The position numbers and the translations under genes were made by a program. A stretch of 64,000 nt of DNA from Minisyncoccota bacterium. GTDB taxonomy: Bacteria > Patescibacteriota > Minisyncoccia > Phycocordibacterales > UBA1550. The DNA lies in the NCBI GenBank assembly GCA_041660105.1, contig JBAZWZ010000002.1:57964-121963 (forward strand). The letters are read 5' to 3'. Positions 1 to 9,223 of the stretch are shown here, piece after piece (the first letter of the stretch is position 1; each line of letters begins with the position of its first letter). The notes under the pieces are model-generated. The model did not search any database. It was not told the DNA's origin and saw only the letters and a list, made by a program, of their open reading frames with translations.

Positions 1-299
1 GTTCCGCTTCTGCATCAGAGATTCTCGCAGGCGCACTTCACGAACAAGGCATCGCAAAGCTCGTCGGAGAGAAGAGTTTTGGAAAAGGCTCAGTGCAGGA
101 AGTGATTGAGATTACTCCCGACACGGCTCTCAAGGTGACCATCGCAAAATGGCTCACCCCAAGTGGTCACTCCATTTCTCAAAACGGCTTGGAGCCTGAT
201 GTAAAAGTAGCCATCACCAAGAAAGATATTGAAAAGAAATTTGACTCGCAGATGGAGAAGGCGGCAGAGATATTACGAGACGCAAACTATAAACTTTAA
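1..299 (+). CDS. ctpA: S41 family C-terminal processing peptidase (3' part, truncated by window edge)
   Basis: Reads ...SASASEILAGAL...GEKSFGKGSVQ...LKVTIAKWLTPSGHSISQNGLEPDV, which are S41A motifs. Confidence 0.9.
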   Translation, partial: SASASEILAGALHEQGIAKLVGEKSFGKGSVQEVIEITPDTALKVTIAKWLTPSGHSISQNGLEPDVKVAITKKDIEKKFDSQMEKAAEILRDANYKL

Positions 300-303
300 T
301 CCC

Positions 304-744
304 ATGAAAATTATTTTCCTCAGAGACATTCCACGCATTGGTAAAAAATACGAAACGAAAGAAGTAGCCGACGGGTACGGACGACACCTTATCTCACAGA
401 AGCTCGCCGAACCCGCAACAAAGGAGGTTCTCGCGCGTATCGAACACAAGATGGCAACCGATGCCACAATGAAGAAAGTACATACTGAACTCTTGATGAA
501 AAACCTTGATGCCATCTCCGGCTCGGGTATCACCATCCGTGGCAAAGCGAACGAGAAGGGAAGTCTCTTTGCAAGTATTCACAAAGAAGAAATCCTCGCC
601 GAGCTCAAGCGCGCAACTGGACTCGATATGAACCCCGACTATGTCATCCTCGTACGACCTATCAAAGAAGTCGGCACCTACGACATCCCCGTAATGATCG
701 AGAGTAATCGTGTGACATTCAAGGTGGTGGTGGAGGCAAACTAA
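304..744 (+). CDS. rplI: 50S ribosomal protein L9
   Basis: MKIIFLRDIPRIGKKYETKEVADGYGR...GSLFASI...IKEVGTY; ATG at 304. Confidence 0.93.
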   Translation: MKIIFLRDIPRIGKKYETKEVADGYGRHLISQKLAEPATKEVLARIEHKMATDATMKKVHTELLMKNLDAISGSGITIRGKANEKGSLFASIHKEEILAELKRATGLDMNPDYVILVRPIKEVGTYDIPVMIESNRVTFKVVVEAN

Positions 745-754
745 AAGGTATATA

Positions 755-783
755 AAAATAACCTGCATATTGCAGGTTATTTG
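755..783. terminator. Bidirectional intrinsic terminator between convergent rplI and an orphan gene
   Basis: AAATAACCTGCA-TAT-TGCAGGTTATTT inverted repeat. Confidence 0.75.
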
Positions 784-974
784 TTGTCTTCAATAATTTC
801 CCTCATCTGTTTCAGTTGCCCCTCCACTACAAGGACAACATCTCCAACAACAGAACGAGGGTCATGAATACCTTCTTGTACCTGTTTTTTGAGTTTAAGA
901 ATCTCACCCTCGATACGTCCTATCCTAATTTCCAAGCAACAAATAAGTGTCTCCCTATCGTCCATATTTGGCAT
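777..974 (-). CDS. Hypothetical 65-aa helical protein (orphan cassette)
   Basis: SD GGAGGT precedes ATG at 974; has its own promoter and terminator. Confidence 0.65.
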   Translation of the reverse strand: MPNMDDRETLICCLEIRIGRIEGEILKLKKQVQEGIHDPRSVVGDVVLVVEGQLKQMREIIEDNK

Positions 975-1005
975 GATTACCTCCATAAGTAACAATCTGA
1001 AAAAA

Positions 1006-1034
1006 ACTTTACCAATTCTAAGCAAAGTAGTCAA
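1006..1034 (-). promoter_or_regulatory. sigma70-type promoter for 777-974
   Basis: TTGACT-17 nt-TAAAGT on minus strand. Confidence 0.55.
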
Positions 1035-1122
1035 CCCCGAACTAGACAAAAATACCGCATCATCACTGTGCGGTATTTTTGTTTGAATGACTTTGAGACC
1101 TTTGACTTTCCGACCTTAGACT

Positions 1123-1395
1123 CTATTTTACGCTCGCTACCTTGCGACGAGTTTTTGTACCGTCGAAGTTTTGCTTGTTTTTCTCAGTAAATTCTACAAC
1201 TCCTTCTTTGAGAGAATAAAGTGTGTGATCCTTGCCGATAGCAACATTTGCTCCGGCGAGAATCTTGGTACCGCGCTGACGCACGATGATTGATCCAGCC
1301 TTCGCAACCTCACCAGCATAAAGCTTGGTACCGAGGTATTGTGGTCCTGAATCTGTTAGGTTTTTGGCGGATCCGCCGGCTTTTCGATGTGCCAT
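1123..1395 (-). CDS. rpmA: 50S ribosomal protein L27
   Basis: MAHRKAGGSAKNLTDSGPQYLG...IIVRQRGT; hairpin terminator at ~1048-1080. Confidence 0.97.
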   Translation of the reverse strand: MAHRKAGGSAKNLTDSGPQYLGTKLYAGEVAKAGSIIVRQRGTKILAGANVAIGKDHTLYSLKEGVVEFTEKNKQNFDGTKTRRKVASVK

Positions 1396-1438
1396 GGTTT
1401 AAATTTGGTAAATGTATATAAAACGCCTATAATCTAAT

Positions 1439-1870
1439 GTGATGAGCAGTATACAGCGATTAGTAGAAAAAATCAAGGGCCTTGGGCGTTTTGAAGCCCC
1501 AAATCTGCGAACTATCCCTGATGACCTATTTTTAGGGCTAATTATTATCCTCGTGGCTTTTGGGTCTTTTGGACTCGGTCGACTCTCGAAAATCCAAGGT
1601 TCGAAAACCCCTGTCCGTTTTGAAAATGCGCTCCTTGCGCCAGCCGAATCCGTCACCGCAAAAACTTCAGTGACAAATCAGAGCGCATCAGTTATTGATG
1701 CAACATCAAACAGCACTGACCTCGTCGGGTCCAAAAACGGCACAAAATATTATTATCCTTGGTGCTCTGGTGTAAAAAATATTTTCCCCTCAAACCTCAT
1801 TCACTTCGCATCAAAGTCCGAGGCTGAAGCAAGAGGATATACACCATCTGCGACATGTAAAGGTCTCTAA
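1439..1870 (+). CDS. Membrane-anchored protein with C-terminal Ada metal-binding-like domain
   Basis: N-terminal TM helix; VGSKNGTKYYYPWC...EAEARGYTPS..C. Confidence 0.75.
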   Translation: MMSSIQRLVEKIKGLGRFEAPNLRTIPDDLFLGLIIILVAFGSFGLGRLSKIQGSKTPVRFENALLAPAESVTAKTSVTNQSASVIDATSNSTDLVGSKNGTKYYYPWCSGVKNIFPSNLIHFASKSEAEARGYTPSATCKGL

Positions 1871-1896
1871 AATATTTGTGCTATACTAGTTTTCTT

Positions 1897-2919
1897 ATGA
1901 CCAACATCGAATCCCTTCACACACATACCACGCTCTCTGACGGGAAACTTTCGCACAAAGAAATGTTTGACCTCGCAGAGTCGCTCGGTGTTTCAGTGAT
2001 TGCATTTACTGATCACGATGCAGTGCCACCACCTGAGATTGTTGCCGAGCTTGAGACACTTCGTGACCGTAAGACAAAGTGGATTATCGGCTCGGAGATT
2101 ACCGCAGGACTTCCAAAGGAACTCGAATCATCAGGAAGTGCATCAATGCATATCATTGGGCTCTTTCTTGACCCAACAAATGAGGCGCTCGTTGTACATT
2201 GCCGTCGCGCTCAAGAAGCACGCATCAAAAGGATGAATTATATTGTGAATAGTCTCAAGAATCTTGGGTTCAATATTTCTGCTGACGACTGTCTCGAAAT
2301 GTCAGGTGGGGAGTCAGTGGGTCGTCCCCACATCGTGCTTGCACTTCAGAAATATCCTGAGAATAATTTGGTGCTTGAGAAAATCCGTCTCGAGATGGCT
2401 GACGAGGCTAGACGCGACTCAGCAATTCAGGAAAAATATACTCATATGATGCAAGTAGGCGAGCGTGAATATCCGTACACACTTTTCCTTACGCCAACAG
2501 CCTTTCGCAATTGCTATATAGAGCCAGAATATATGCCCGACCTCGACGAAGCAGTGAAGCTCATCCGTGACGCGGGTGGTTTAGCATTTCTTGCTCACTA
2601 CTTCACCATCAAATCAAAAATATCGTTGGAATTTCTTGAGAAACTTATAGCGGAAAAAAGATTTGATGGACTCGAGGTTGTGTATGGGCTCCGTGAATAC
2701 GGGACCAATGAGGAAATAGAAATGACGAGACAGAGGGTGGCTGTGCATGAGATTGTAAAACGCCACGGCGCTCTCGCCGCTGGTGGATCCGACGCTCACA
2801 CTCAAGAAGACCTCGAGCGCTATGTGTCCAATGACTGGTTCTCCGGGGAGACGGCGGGTTTCGCTGCAAACATCCTCGCAACAGGTCGCGTGAACAAACA
2901 ATTCTCATCGCTCGAATAG
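1897..2919 (+). CDS. PHP-domain phosphoesterase (TrpH/YciV-like)
   Basis: HTHTTLSDG, FTDHD, GRPHI, AH and GGSDAH motifs. Confidence 0.88.
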   Translation: MTNIESLHTHTTLSDGKLSHKEMFDLAESLGVSVIAFTDHDAVPPPEIVAELETLRDRKTKWIIGSEITAGLPKELESSGSASMHIIGLFLDPTNEALVVHCRRAQEARIKRMNYIVNSLKNLGFNISADDCLEMSGGESVGRPHIVLALQKYPENNLVLEKIRLEMADEARRDSAIQEKYTHMMQVGEREYPYTLFLTPTAFRNCYIEPEYMPDLDEAVKLIRDAGGLAFLAHYFTIKSKISLEFLEKLIAEKRFDGLEVVYGLREYGTNEEIEMTRQRVAVHEIVKRHGALAAGGSDAHTQEDLERYVSNDWFSGETAGFAANILATGRVNKQFSSLE

Positions 2920-2953
2920 TAATTATCACAAAACGATGGTTTTGGTAATTTCC

Positions 2954-3003
2954 CCCACTAGTGCCGTACTTTATACGATAGTATAAAGTACGGCACTAGT
3001 GGG
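2954..3003. repeat. Perfect palindrome with 23-bp arms (REP-like)
   Basis: CCCACTAGTGCCGTACTTTATAC-GATA-GTATAAAGTACGGCACTAGTGGG. Confidence 0.9.
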
Positions 3004-3056
3004 TTAATGTGATGCGAATAAATATTAACAAAGGATTATGATATAATATACACATT

Positions 3057-3644
3057 ATGATTGTCGCAGACATTGAAGCATCGGGGCTCGACTACAACAA
3101 ACACTCACTGCTCAGCATTGGAGCGGTGGACTTTGAAAATCCTGAAAGACAGTTCTATGGAGAATGTCGTATGTGGGACGGTGCAAGCATTATGACTGAC
3201 GCCATTAACGTAAATGGTTTTACAAAAGAAAACTGCGTTGACCCAAGAAAACAATCTCTCGAAGAACTTATGAATAGTTTTTTGAAATGGATTGATGAGG
3301 GCGAGGATAAGACTCTTGCGGGGCAAAACCCATCATTCGATCGCGACTTCCTCAACAACTCATTTGCTCGTGCACACATTGGTTGGCATTTCTCATACCG
3401 CACCCTCGACCTCAACTCAATGGCATATATGGATATGATCAAGCGCGGACTTCCAGTCCAACACAAGAACAACCGCGCCGACTTGAGTCTCGATACCATC
3501 CTCAAATATCTCGGCCTTCCCGAGGAGCCGAAACCTCATCACGGTCTCATGGGTGCAAAGTTGGAAGCCGAAGCATTTTCACGAATCCTCTACGGCAAAA
3601 ATTTGTTACCTGAGTTTGCAGAGTACCCCATCATGCATTCTTAG
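3057..3644 (+). CDS. DEDDh 3'-5' exonuclease
   Basis: DIEASG (ExoI), QNPSFDRDFL (ExoII), H-x4 ExoIII-like motif. Confidence 0.88.
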   Translation: MIVADIEASGLDYNKHSLLSIGAVDFENPERQFYGECRMWDGASIMTDAINVNGFTKENCVDPRKQSLEELMNSFLKWIDEGEDKTLAGQNPSFDRDFLNNSFARAHIGWHFSYRTLDLNSMAYMDMIKRGLPVQHKNNRADLSLDTILKYLGLPEEPKPHHGLMGAKLEAEAFSRILYGKNLLPEFAEYPIMHS

Positions 3645-3650
3645 TTCTAT

Positions 3651-3679
3651 TTGACGGCGATAGCCCACAATGCTAGGCT
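3651..3679 (+). promoter_or_regulatory. sigma70-type promoter for the ClpP-like gene
   Basis: TTGACG-17 nt-TAGGCT; SD GGGAGGTG at 3713-3720. Confidence 0.6.
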
Positions 3680-3721
3680 TCAAAGAGGTAAGAACATTTC
3701 AATAACTAACGAGGGAGGTGT

Positions 3722-4335
3722 GTGATGAAGGAACCTAAACGGATGAAAGAGTTGTTCCCCGCAAAGAACCCCGCAAAAGTACGACTCTATGGGGAATTTA
3801 ATGATGAGCTCGAGGAGAGTTTTCACAAGCAACTGAAGGCTAGTTCTGCAAAAGAGGAGCCAGACGGTCTTATGCTTCTTATTGATTCTCAGGGGGGGAA
3901 GCACGAGTTCTTTGGAGTATCGTCAACACACTTCAGAGGCTAGATTTGCCATGCATGGCTGTCGCAGAAAATGAAGCGTATTCTTGCGCTGCACAACTTC
4001 TGCTCTGGTGCCAGTACCGAGTTGCTGTGCCATTCGCAAATTTTATTTTTCACAATGCGAGTTACCCAATAAAAGGGGTAGACATACTTAGTGACGATGT
4101 CTTGTCAGTTATTGTCGAGAATCATCGCGCCCAAGAAAGAGCACTGCTTAAACAGTTTACACAAGCAACTGGACAGCCTCTGCGTCTTGCACGTGCTGTA
4201 TATTCCTCGGAGACACCGATGATTGCCACTCGCGCACTCGAGCTTGGTATCGTTCATGAAATAACCGAAAAGAGTTTCGCTATTGATGAGGATGACTGCG
4301 GTCTCGTCCTTGTCCCTGAAACCCCCGCCAAGTAA
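3722..4335 (+). pseudogene. Divergent ClpP-family protease split by a frameshift in a G7 tract
   Basis: ORF1 ends ...LLIDSQGG; the shifted frame continues GEARVLWSIVNTLQRLDLPCMAVAENEAYSCAA...FIFHN; G8 at 3892-3898 would join them. Confidence 0.8.
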
Positions 4336-4355
4336 GGCGGGGGTTTTTCTTTTTT
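4318..4355 (+). terminator. Intrinsic terminator
   Basis: AAACCCCCGCC-AAGTAA-GGCGGGGGTTT followed by T-run. Confidence 0.85.
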
Positions 4356-4372
4356 ATGGTAATATAAAAATA

Positions 4373-6268
4373 ATGTGTGGCATTGTTGCAATCATCACGA
4401 GTAGAAAACGAAATCTCGTCCCTGAGATTGTTTCGTCGCTCAAAAATCTTGAATACCGTGGCTACGACAGCTCGGGTATTGCCATTCTTGACCAAGGAAA
4501 GATCAAGCGTGTTCGCCGTGTTGGTGCGCCGAGTGATGTTTTTCCGCCTGATGAAATCACAAATGAACTCGCTGTCAGCGATTTAGGATTCTCTCTTGCT
4601 CTCGGACACAACCGCTGGGCGACACACGGGAAGCCCTCACTTGGAAACGCTCACCCGCATTTTGATTGTGCTGGTGAAATCGCTGTGGTTCACAATGGAA
4701 CTATCCTCAATCACGAAACCTTAAAACAAGAGCTCGTGAAGCTCGGACACACTTTTACTTCGACGACCGATACGGAGGTCGTCCCGCATATGATAGAGCA
4801 GAAAATGAAAGAGGGCTTATCTCTTAAAGATGCCTTTCTTGACACCGCAGCGCTTCTCGAGGGGAGCTTTGGACTTGCTGTCATCTCTACAAAAGAGCCA
4901 GGAAAACTTTTTATCGTTAAGCGCGGAAGTCCACTGCTCTTTGGCATTTTGAAAAACACCATCATCGCTGCGTCGAGCTCAAATGCAATTCTTTCATACA
5001 CCAACACATTCATTCCGCTTACCGATTGCGAATATGCTGAGTTTGCTATTGAGGGCGATGAGGTGACCTATCGCATCGGCACCACCTTCAACAAGAACCA
5101 GACCATCAACAAACCAGTGGAAACAATTACCGACCACTCACTCGCTGATATTTCAAAAGGTGGCTACGACTCATTTATGAAAAAAGAAATCCACGCACAG
5201 CCTTCTGTTTTTCGTACGACCATTCTCGGACGCTACGACGAGAAAACAGGAGACGCTGTCTTGGGTGGACTCATTGACCACGAAGACACGTTGAGGAGCG
5301 CGAAAGCAATCCTCACTGTTGCGTGTGGCACCGCACACAACGCATCCCTCGTTGGCGGAGCGCTCATCGAGACACTTGCGGGTATCCCCGTGAGAAGCGA
5401 AATTGCGTCGGAATTTCGCTATAAGAAAGTTCCTCTCGACCCAAAAGACACGATAATCCTTGCCACAAGTCAGTCAGGCGAAACAGCAGACACCCTCGAG
5501 TCAATCAAGGAGGCGAAGAGAAAAGGGTATAAAACATTTGGTATCGTAAACGTCGTCGGCAGCGCCATAGCCGAAGAAGTCGACGCGGGAGTATACGCGC
5601 GCGCTGGTGTCGAAGTGGGGGTCGCCTCCACAAAAGCTTTCACGGCGCAACTCGCAATATTTTATTTGCTCGCGATAAAATTTGCACGCGAGCGGGGGAT
5701 GACGGCCCAAGAAGGTCGCGCGCTCATCGCAGAGCTTGAGCAAATCCCTGAGCTTATGATGAAGACTCTTGCTGACACAGAAAAGAGAGTGATTGCCCTC
5801 ACAGAGCGCTACACGGCAAAAAATATTCGTGTGATTAATTTCCTCGGGCGTGGTATCAATGTGCACGTAGCCACCGAAGCAGCGCTCAAGTTTAAGGAAC
5901 TCACATACCTCGAAGCAGGAAGCTATCCGCTTGGCGAGCTCAAGCATGGGCCTATCGCTGTCATTGATGAAAATTCCGTCTCGGTGATCCTTATGCCGCA
6001 CGACGAACTCTTTGCGCAAAACAAAAATTCGCTTGAGCAAATCCTCTCCAAGAATGGCAATGTCATCGTCATCACTGACGAACTCGGCGCGCAAAATCTC
6101 AAAGAACAAAATGTCGACATCATCACCATCCCCACACTCAAGCATTCACTCATGTACCCACTTCTTGAGATTCTTCCCCTTCAACTTTTCGCCTATCACT
6201 ACGCAGTCGCTCTCGGAAACAATGTCGACAAACCCCGTAACCTTGCAAAATCAGTGACGGTGGAGTAA
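4373..6268 (+). CDS. glmS: Glutamine--fructose-6-phosphate aminotransferase
   Basis: MCGIV N-terminal nucleophile, EYRGYDS, HNRWATHG, SQSGETADT, PRNLAKSVTVE; true start ATG 4373. Confidence 0.97.
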   Translation: MCGIVAIITSRKRNLVPEIVSSLKNLEYRGYDSSGIAILDQGKIKRVRRVGAPSDVFPPDEITNELAVSDLGFSLALGHNRWATHGKPSLGNAHPHFDCAGEIAVVHNGTILNHETLKQELVKLGHTFTSTTDTEVVPHMIEQKMKEGLSLKDAFLDTAALLEGSFGLAVISTKEPGKLFIVKRGSPLLFGILKNTIIAASSSNAILSYTNTFIPLTDCEYAEFAIEGDEVTYRIGTTFNKNQTINKPVETITDHSLADISKGGYDSFMKKEIHAQPSVFRTTILGRYDEKTGDAVLGGLIDHEDTLRSAKAILTVACGTAHNASLVGGALIETLAGIPVRSEIASEFRYKKVPLDPKDTIILATSQSGETADTLESIKEAKRKGYKTFGIVNVVGSAIAEEVDAGVYARAGVEVGVASTKAFTAQLAIFYLLAIKFARERGMTAQEGRALIAELEQIPELMMKTLADTEKRVIALTERYTAKNIRVINFLGRGINVHVATEAALKFKELTYLEAGSYPLGELKHGPIAVIDENSVSVILMPHDELFAQNKNSLEQILSKNGNVIVITDELGAQNLKEQNVDIITIPTLKHSLMYPLLEILPLQLFAYHYAVALGNNVDKPRNLAKSVTVE

Positions 6269-6316
6269 AACTAGGCACAATCTACTATTCTGCGCATGTG
6301 CTAAAATAGGGGAATT

Positions 6317-7147
6317 ATGGCGAAACAGCCCAAACTTAGTCCTAGGCAGATAATGTTCTTCCAGGCTCAAATTTGGGCCTTTTACGGGGTATCAGGCAGG
6401 AGGAATCTACCTTGGCGAAAGACAAAAAACCCTTACAAAATAATGGTTTCTGAAGTAATGCTTCAGCAGACGCAGGTCTCGCGCGTACTCGTAAAATATC
6501 CTGAATTTTTAAAGGCTTTTCCGACTGTTGAGACACTCGCAAAAGCACCTTTATCTCAAGTCCTCAAAGTCTGGCAGGGGATGGGGTACAACCGTCGCGC
6601 GCTCGCGCTCAAGCGTATGGCGGAAAAAATAGTTGCTGATTTCAATGGAAAAGTTCCACGAGCGCGACTCGACCTCGAATCACTTCCTGGAGTCGGCCCA
6701 TACACCGCAGGCGCCGTGCGTGCGTTTGCATTTAACGAGCCAGAAATATTTATTGAGACAAATATCCGTAGAATTTTCATTCATCATTTTTTCATAGACA
6801 AAGAGGGAATTAGCGATCGAGAAATTTATCCACTCGTCGAAACTACCCTCGACACAAACAATCCGCGCGAGTGGTACTGGGCACTTATGGACTACGGATC
6901 ACACTTACCAAAGATTGCGCGCAAAAATTCAAATACACAAAGCAAACACTATGTAAGGCAAAGCAAGTTTAAGGGTTCTCTCCGTGAGCTCCGCGGGAAA
7001 ATAATACGCGCGCTTGGAGACAAGCCGCAAACTCTTGTATCACTCAAGCGCGCATGCAACAATGACACAAGGATAAAAGAGGCACTGGACGCACTCACAA
7101 AAGATGGCCTCATCACCTATGAAAAAAGAAAATACCAACTTGCCTAA
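6317..7147 (+). CDS. mutY: A/G-specific adenine glycosylase (short form, no Fe-S cysteines)
   Basis: LPWR, VSEVMLQQTQV, WQGMGYNRRA, LPGVGPYTA HhH motif. Confidence 0.9.
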   Translation: MAKQPKLSPRQIMFFQAQIWAFYGVSGRRNLPWRKTKNPYKIMVSEVMLQQTQVSRVLVKYPEFLKAFPTVETLAKAPLSQVLKVWQGMGYNRRALALKRMAEKIVADFNGKVPRARLDLESLPGVGPYTAGAVRAFAFNEPEIFIETNIRRIFIHHFFIDKEGISDREIYPLVETTLDTNNPREWYWALMDYGSHLPKIARKNSNTQSKHYVRQSKFKGSLRELRGKIIRALGDKPQTLVSLKRACNNDTRIKEALDALTKDGLITYEKRKYQLA

Positions 7148-7751
7148 GATTTTGAGAACACTCAAAATACTTTACCCTAACCCCGCATGCGCCCTTCACT
7201 ACACGAAGCCGTGGGAGCTTCTCGTTGCGGTCATTCTTTCTGCACAGTGTACTGATAAAAAAGTGAATGAAGTTACAAAGGTATTATTCAAAAAATACAA
7301 AACGCTTGATGATTATGTCGCCGCAAAACCTGCAGAGTTTGAACAAGATATTCATGCGACAGGATTTTATCGCGCAAAGACAAAAAATATTCTTGCTGCG
7401 GCAAAAGTTTTGAAATATGATTTCGGTGGAAAAATCCCAAAGACAATGAGTGAGATGATCACTATCCCTGGCGTCGGCAGGAAAACTGCCAACGTGGTCT
7501 TGGGTGAGCTCTACGGCACCGCAGAAGGAATCGCAGTCGACACCCACGTTATTCGTTTGTCACAACTCTTTGGATTGACAAAGAACACCGACGCAACCAA
7601 AATAGAGCAGAACCTGATGCAGATTGTTCCCAAAAAAGATTGGGTGAGTTTTTCGCATATGCTCATCCTCTATGGACGCGAGCACTGCACCGCGCGTTGT
7701 AAACACACTGACTGCCCACTGAAAGATTTTGTAATACGTGCTAATATGTAA
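7119..7751 (+). CDS. nth: Endonuclease III
   Basis: LLVAVILSAQCTD, PGVGRKTANVV, VDTHV, C-terminal Cys cluster. Confidence 0.93.
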   Translation: MKKENTNLPKILRTLKILYPNPACALHYTKPWELLVAVILSAQCTDKKVNEVTKVLFKKYKTLDDYVAAKPAEFEQDIHATGFYRAKTKNILAAAKVLKYDFGGKIPKTMSEMITIPGVGRKTANVVLGELYGTAEGIAVDTHVIRLSQLFGLTKNTDATKIEQNLMQIVPKKDWVSFSHMLILYGREHCTARCKHTDCPLKDFVIRANM

Positions 7752-7758
7752 GGACTTT

Positions 7759-8958
7759 ATGGAAACCTCAGACCATTTACTTACAAACAAGGAGCTTCGA
7801 AGGGGATTTTTTGGCCTCTACTTTGGTCGCATGGCGATGTCTGTCGCAAACGGCCTTATTGGAATATTTCTTCCTATTTTTCTCTACAACCTTCTCGACG
7901 GAAATGTATCCCTCATAATGCTTTATTATGGGCTAACAGGACTCGCGTATGTTTTCCTTGTAGCATTTGGCGCACAGTTTCTCAACAAATTTGGATTTCG
8001 CAGATCTCTCGTTCTCGGAAGTTTTTTGGCAGCGGTGGTCAACGCAGCATATTTTTTTGTTACAAAAGAAAATGCCTTTCTGCTTTTGTCATGCTCGCTT
8101 GTTGCGCTCGTACTCTTTCGAATGTTCTTTTGGATTCCGTTCCATGTCGACTTTGCAATTTTTACCAACAAGGGAAAGAAGGGTGGGCAAGTGGGGCTTA
8201 TGCTTGGAACAATGACGCTCGTCGGCATCGCAGGGCCTATGATCGCAGGATACATCATTCAAAACTGGTCGATGCAAGTGCTCTTTTTTATCGGAGTCTT
8301 GGTTTATATATTAAGTATGATTCCGTTCAAGATGGTGCCACGCACCAATGAGCGTTTCAGCTGGACCTACAAAAAAGTATGGCAAGAACTTTTTGCAAAA
8401 AAGAATAGGGGAATCGTGTGGGCATCGGTAGCAGTAGGAGCTGAGGATATCATCGGCTTTACAATCTGGCCTATCTTTATTTTCGTACTACTCAAGGGCA
8501 ACTATTTTCAGGTTGGTGCACTCGAAAGTTTTATTGTTGGGATCACCGTGCTCTTGCAACTAATGTTCGGTCGCTACCTTGACCGCATAGAGAAGAAACA
8601 CAGAACACTCAGGATGAGTAGCGTCCTATATGCGTTCGGATGGATTATCAAAATTTTTGTTGCAACCGCAGCCCAAGTATTTGTCGTTGGACTCTACCAC
8701 AGGATAACCAAAGTGCTGACTGACACTTCATATGATGCTATCTTTTACGAGACAGCAGCGGACCAAGGGCACTACGTAGATGAGTATACCGTCCTGAGTG
8801 AAATGGCAATAAACATCGGGAGGGTAGTCGGGACTGGAGCAGTAGCAATCCTTTTGGTATTTTTGAGCCTCAAGTGGACATTCATCGTTGGGGCTGCAGC
8901 TTCGCTCGTATTTATTACGCTTTCTGCAACGCATCAGATGAACGAGAAGCGCGCTTAA
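7759..8958 (+). CDS. MFS-type transporter
   Basis: About 12 hydrophobic helices; loop motifs LNKFGFRR and GRYLDRI. Confidence 0.8.
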   Translation: METSDHLLTNKELRRGFFGLYFGRMAMSVANGLIGIFLPIFLYNLLDGNVSLIMLYYGLTGLAYVFLVAFGAQFLNKFGFRRSLVLGSFLAAVVNAAYFFVTKENAFLLLSCSLVALVLFRMFFWIPFHVDFAIFTNKGKKGGQVGLMLGTMTLVGIAGPMIAGYIIQNWSMQVLFFIGVLVYILSMIPFKMVPRTNERFSWTYKKVWQELFAKKNRGIVWASVAVGAEDIIGFTIWPIFIFVLLKGNYFQVGALESFIVGITVLLQLMFGRYLDRIEKKHRTLRMSSVLYAFGWIIKIFVATAAQVFVVGLYHRITKVLTDTSYDAIFYETAADQGHYVDEYTVLSEMAINIGRVVGTGAVAILLVFLSLKWTFIVGAAASLVFITLSATHQMNEKRA

Positions 8959-9034
8959 ACCAACGCCTTGGTGGTGGGTATTGATACTGAAGGGGGAAAG
9001 GGCTCTATTCTATATGTATGCGGGATATACGTAC

Positions 9035-9119
9035 GTCGCACAATATATCTTTTGCGACGTGCTCAGAAATCCTGTAAGGATTACTTGAGTACGTCGCAAA
9101 AGAGCCTCCATTGTGCGAC
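9035..9119. repeat. Long imperfect hairpin in a convergent intergenic region
   Basis: GTCGCACAAT...TCTTTTGCGACGTGCTCA...TGAGTACGTCGCAAAAGA...ATTGTGCGAC. Confidence 0.8.
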
Positions 9120-9121
9120 CT

Positions 9122-9180
9122 CGAATCAGCTGATTCTGAATTAGCAAATTCACGTCTCGGACGAAATCTTGGACATAAAC
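9122..9180. repeat. Dispersed element CGAATCAGCTGA...TCTTGGACATAAAC, copy 1
   Basis: Same ends as 9519-9550 and 62185-62241. Confidence 0.8.
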
Positions 9181-9223
9181 ATAAAAATGTGCGCACAATC
9201 CAGGTTTGCGACAAAACTAAAAA

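Noticed and set aside
4336-4372. glmS ribozyme upstream of glmS
   Set aside because: Only ~20 nt separate the terminator from the ATG, leaving no room, and no ribozyme core is visible.
9005-9214. Short ORFs 9005-9214 and 9010-9198
   Set aside because: They are made of palindromic repeat sequence, with no SD and no protein-like features.
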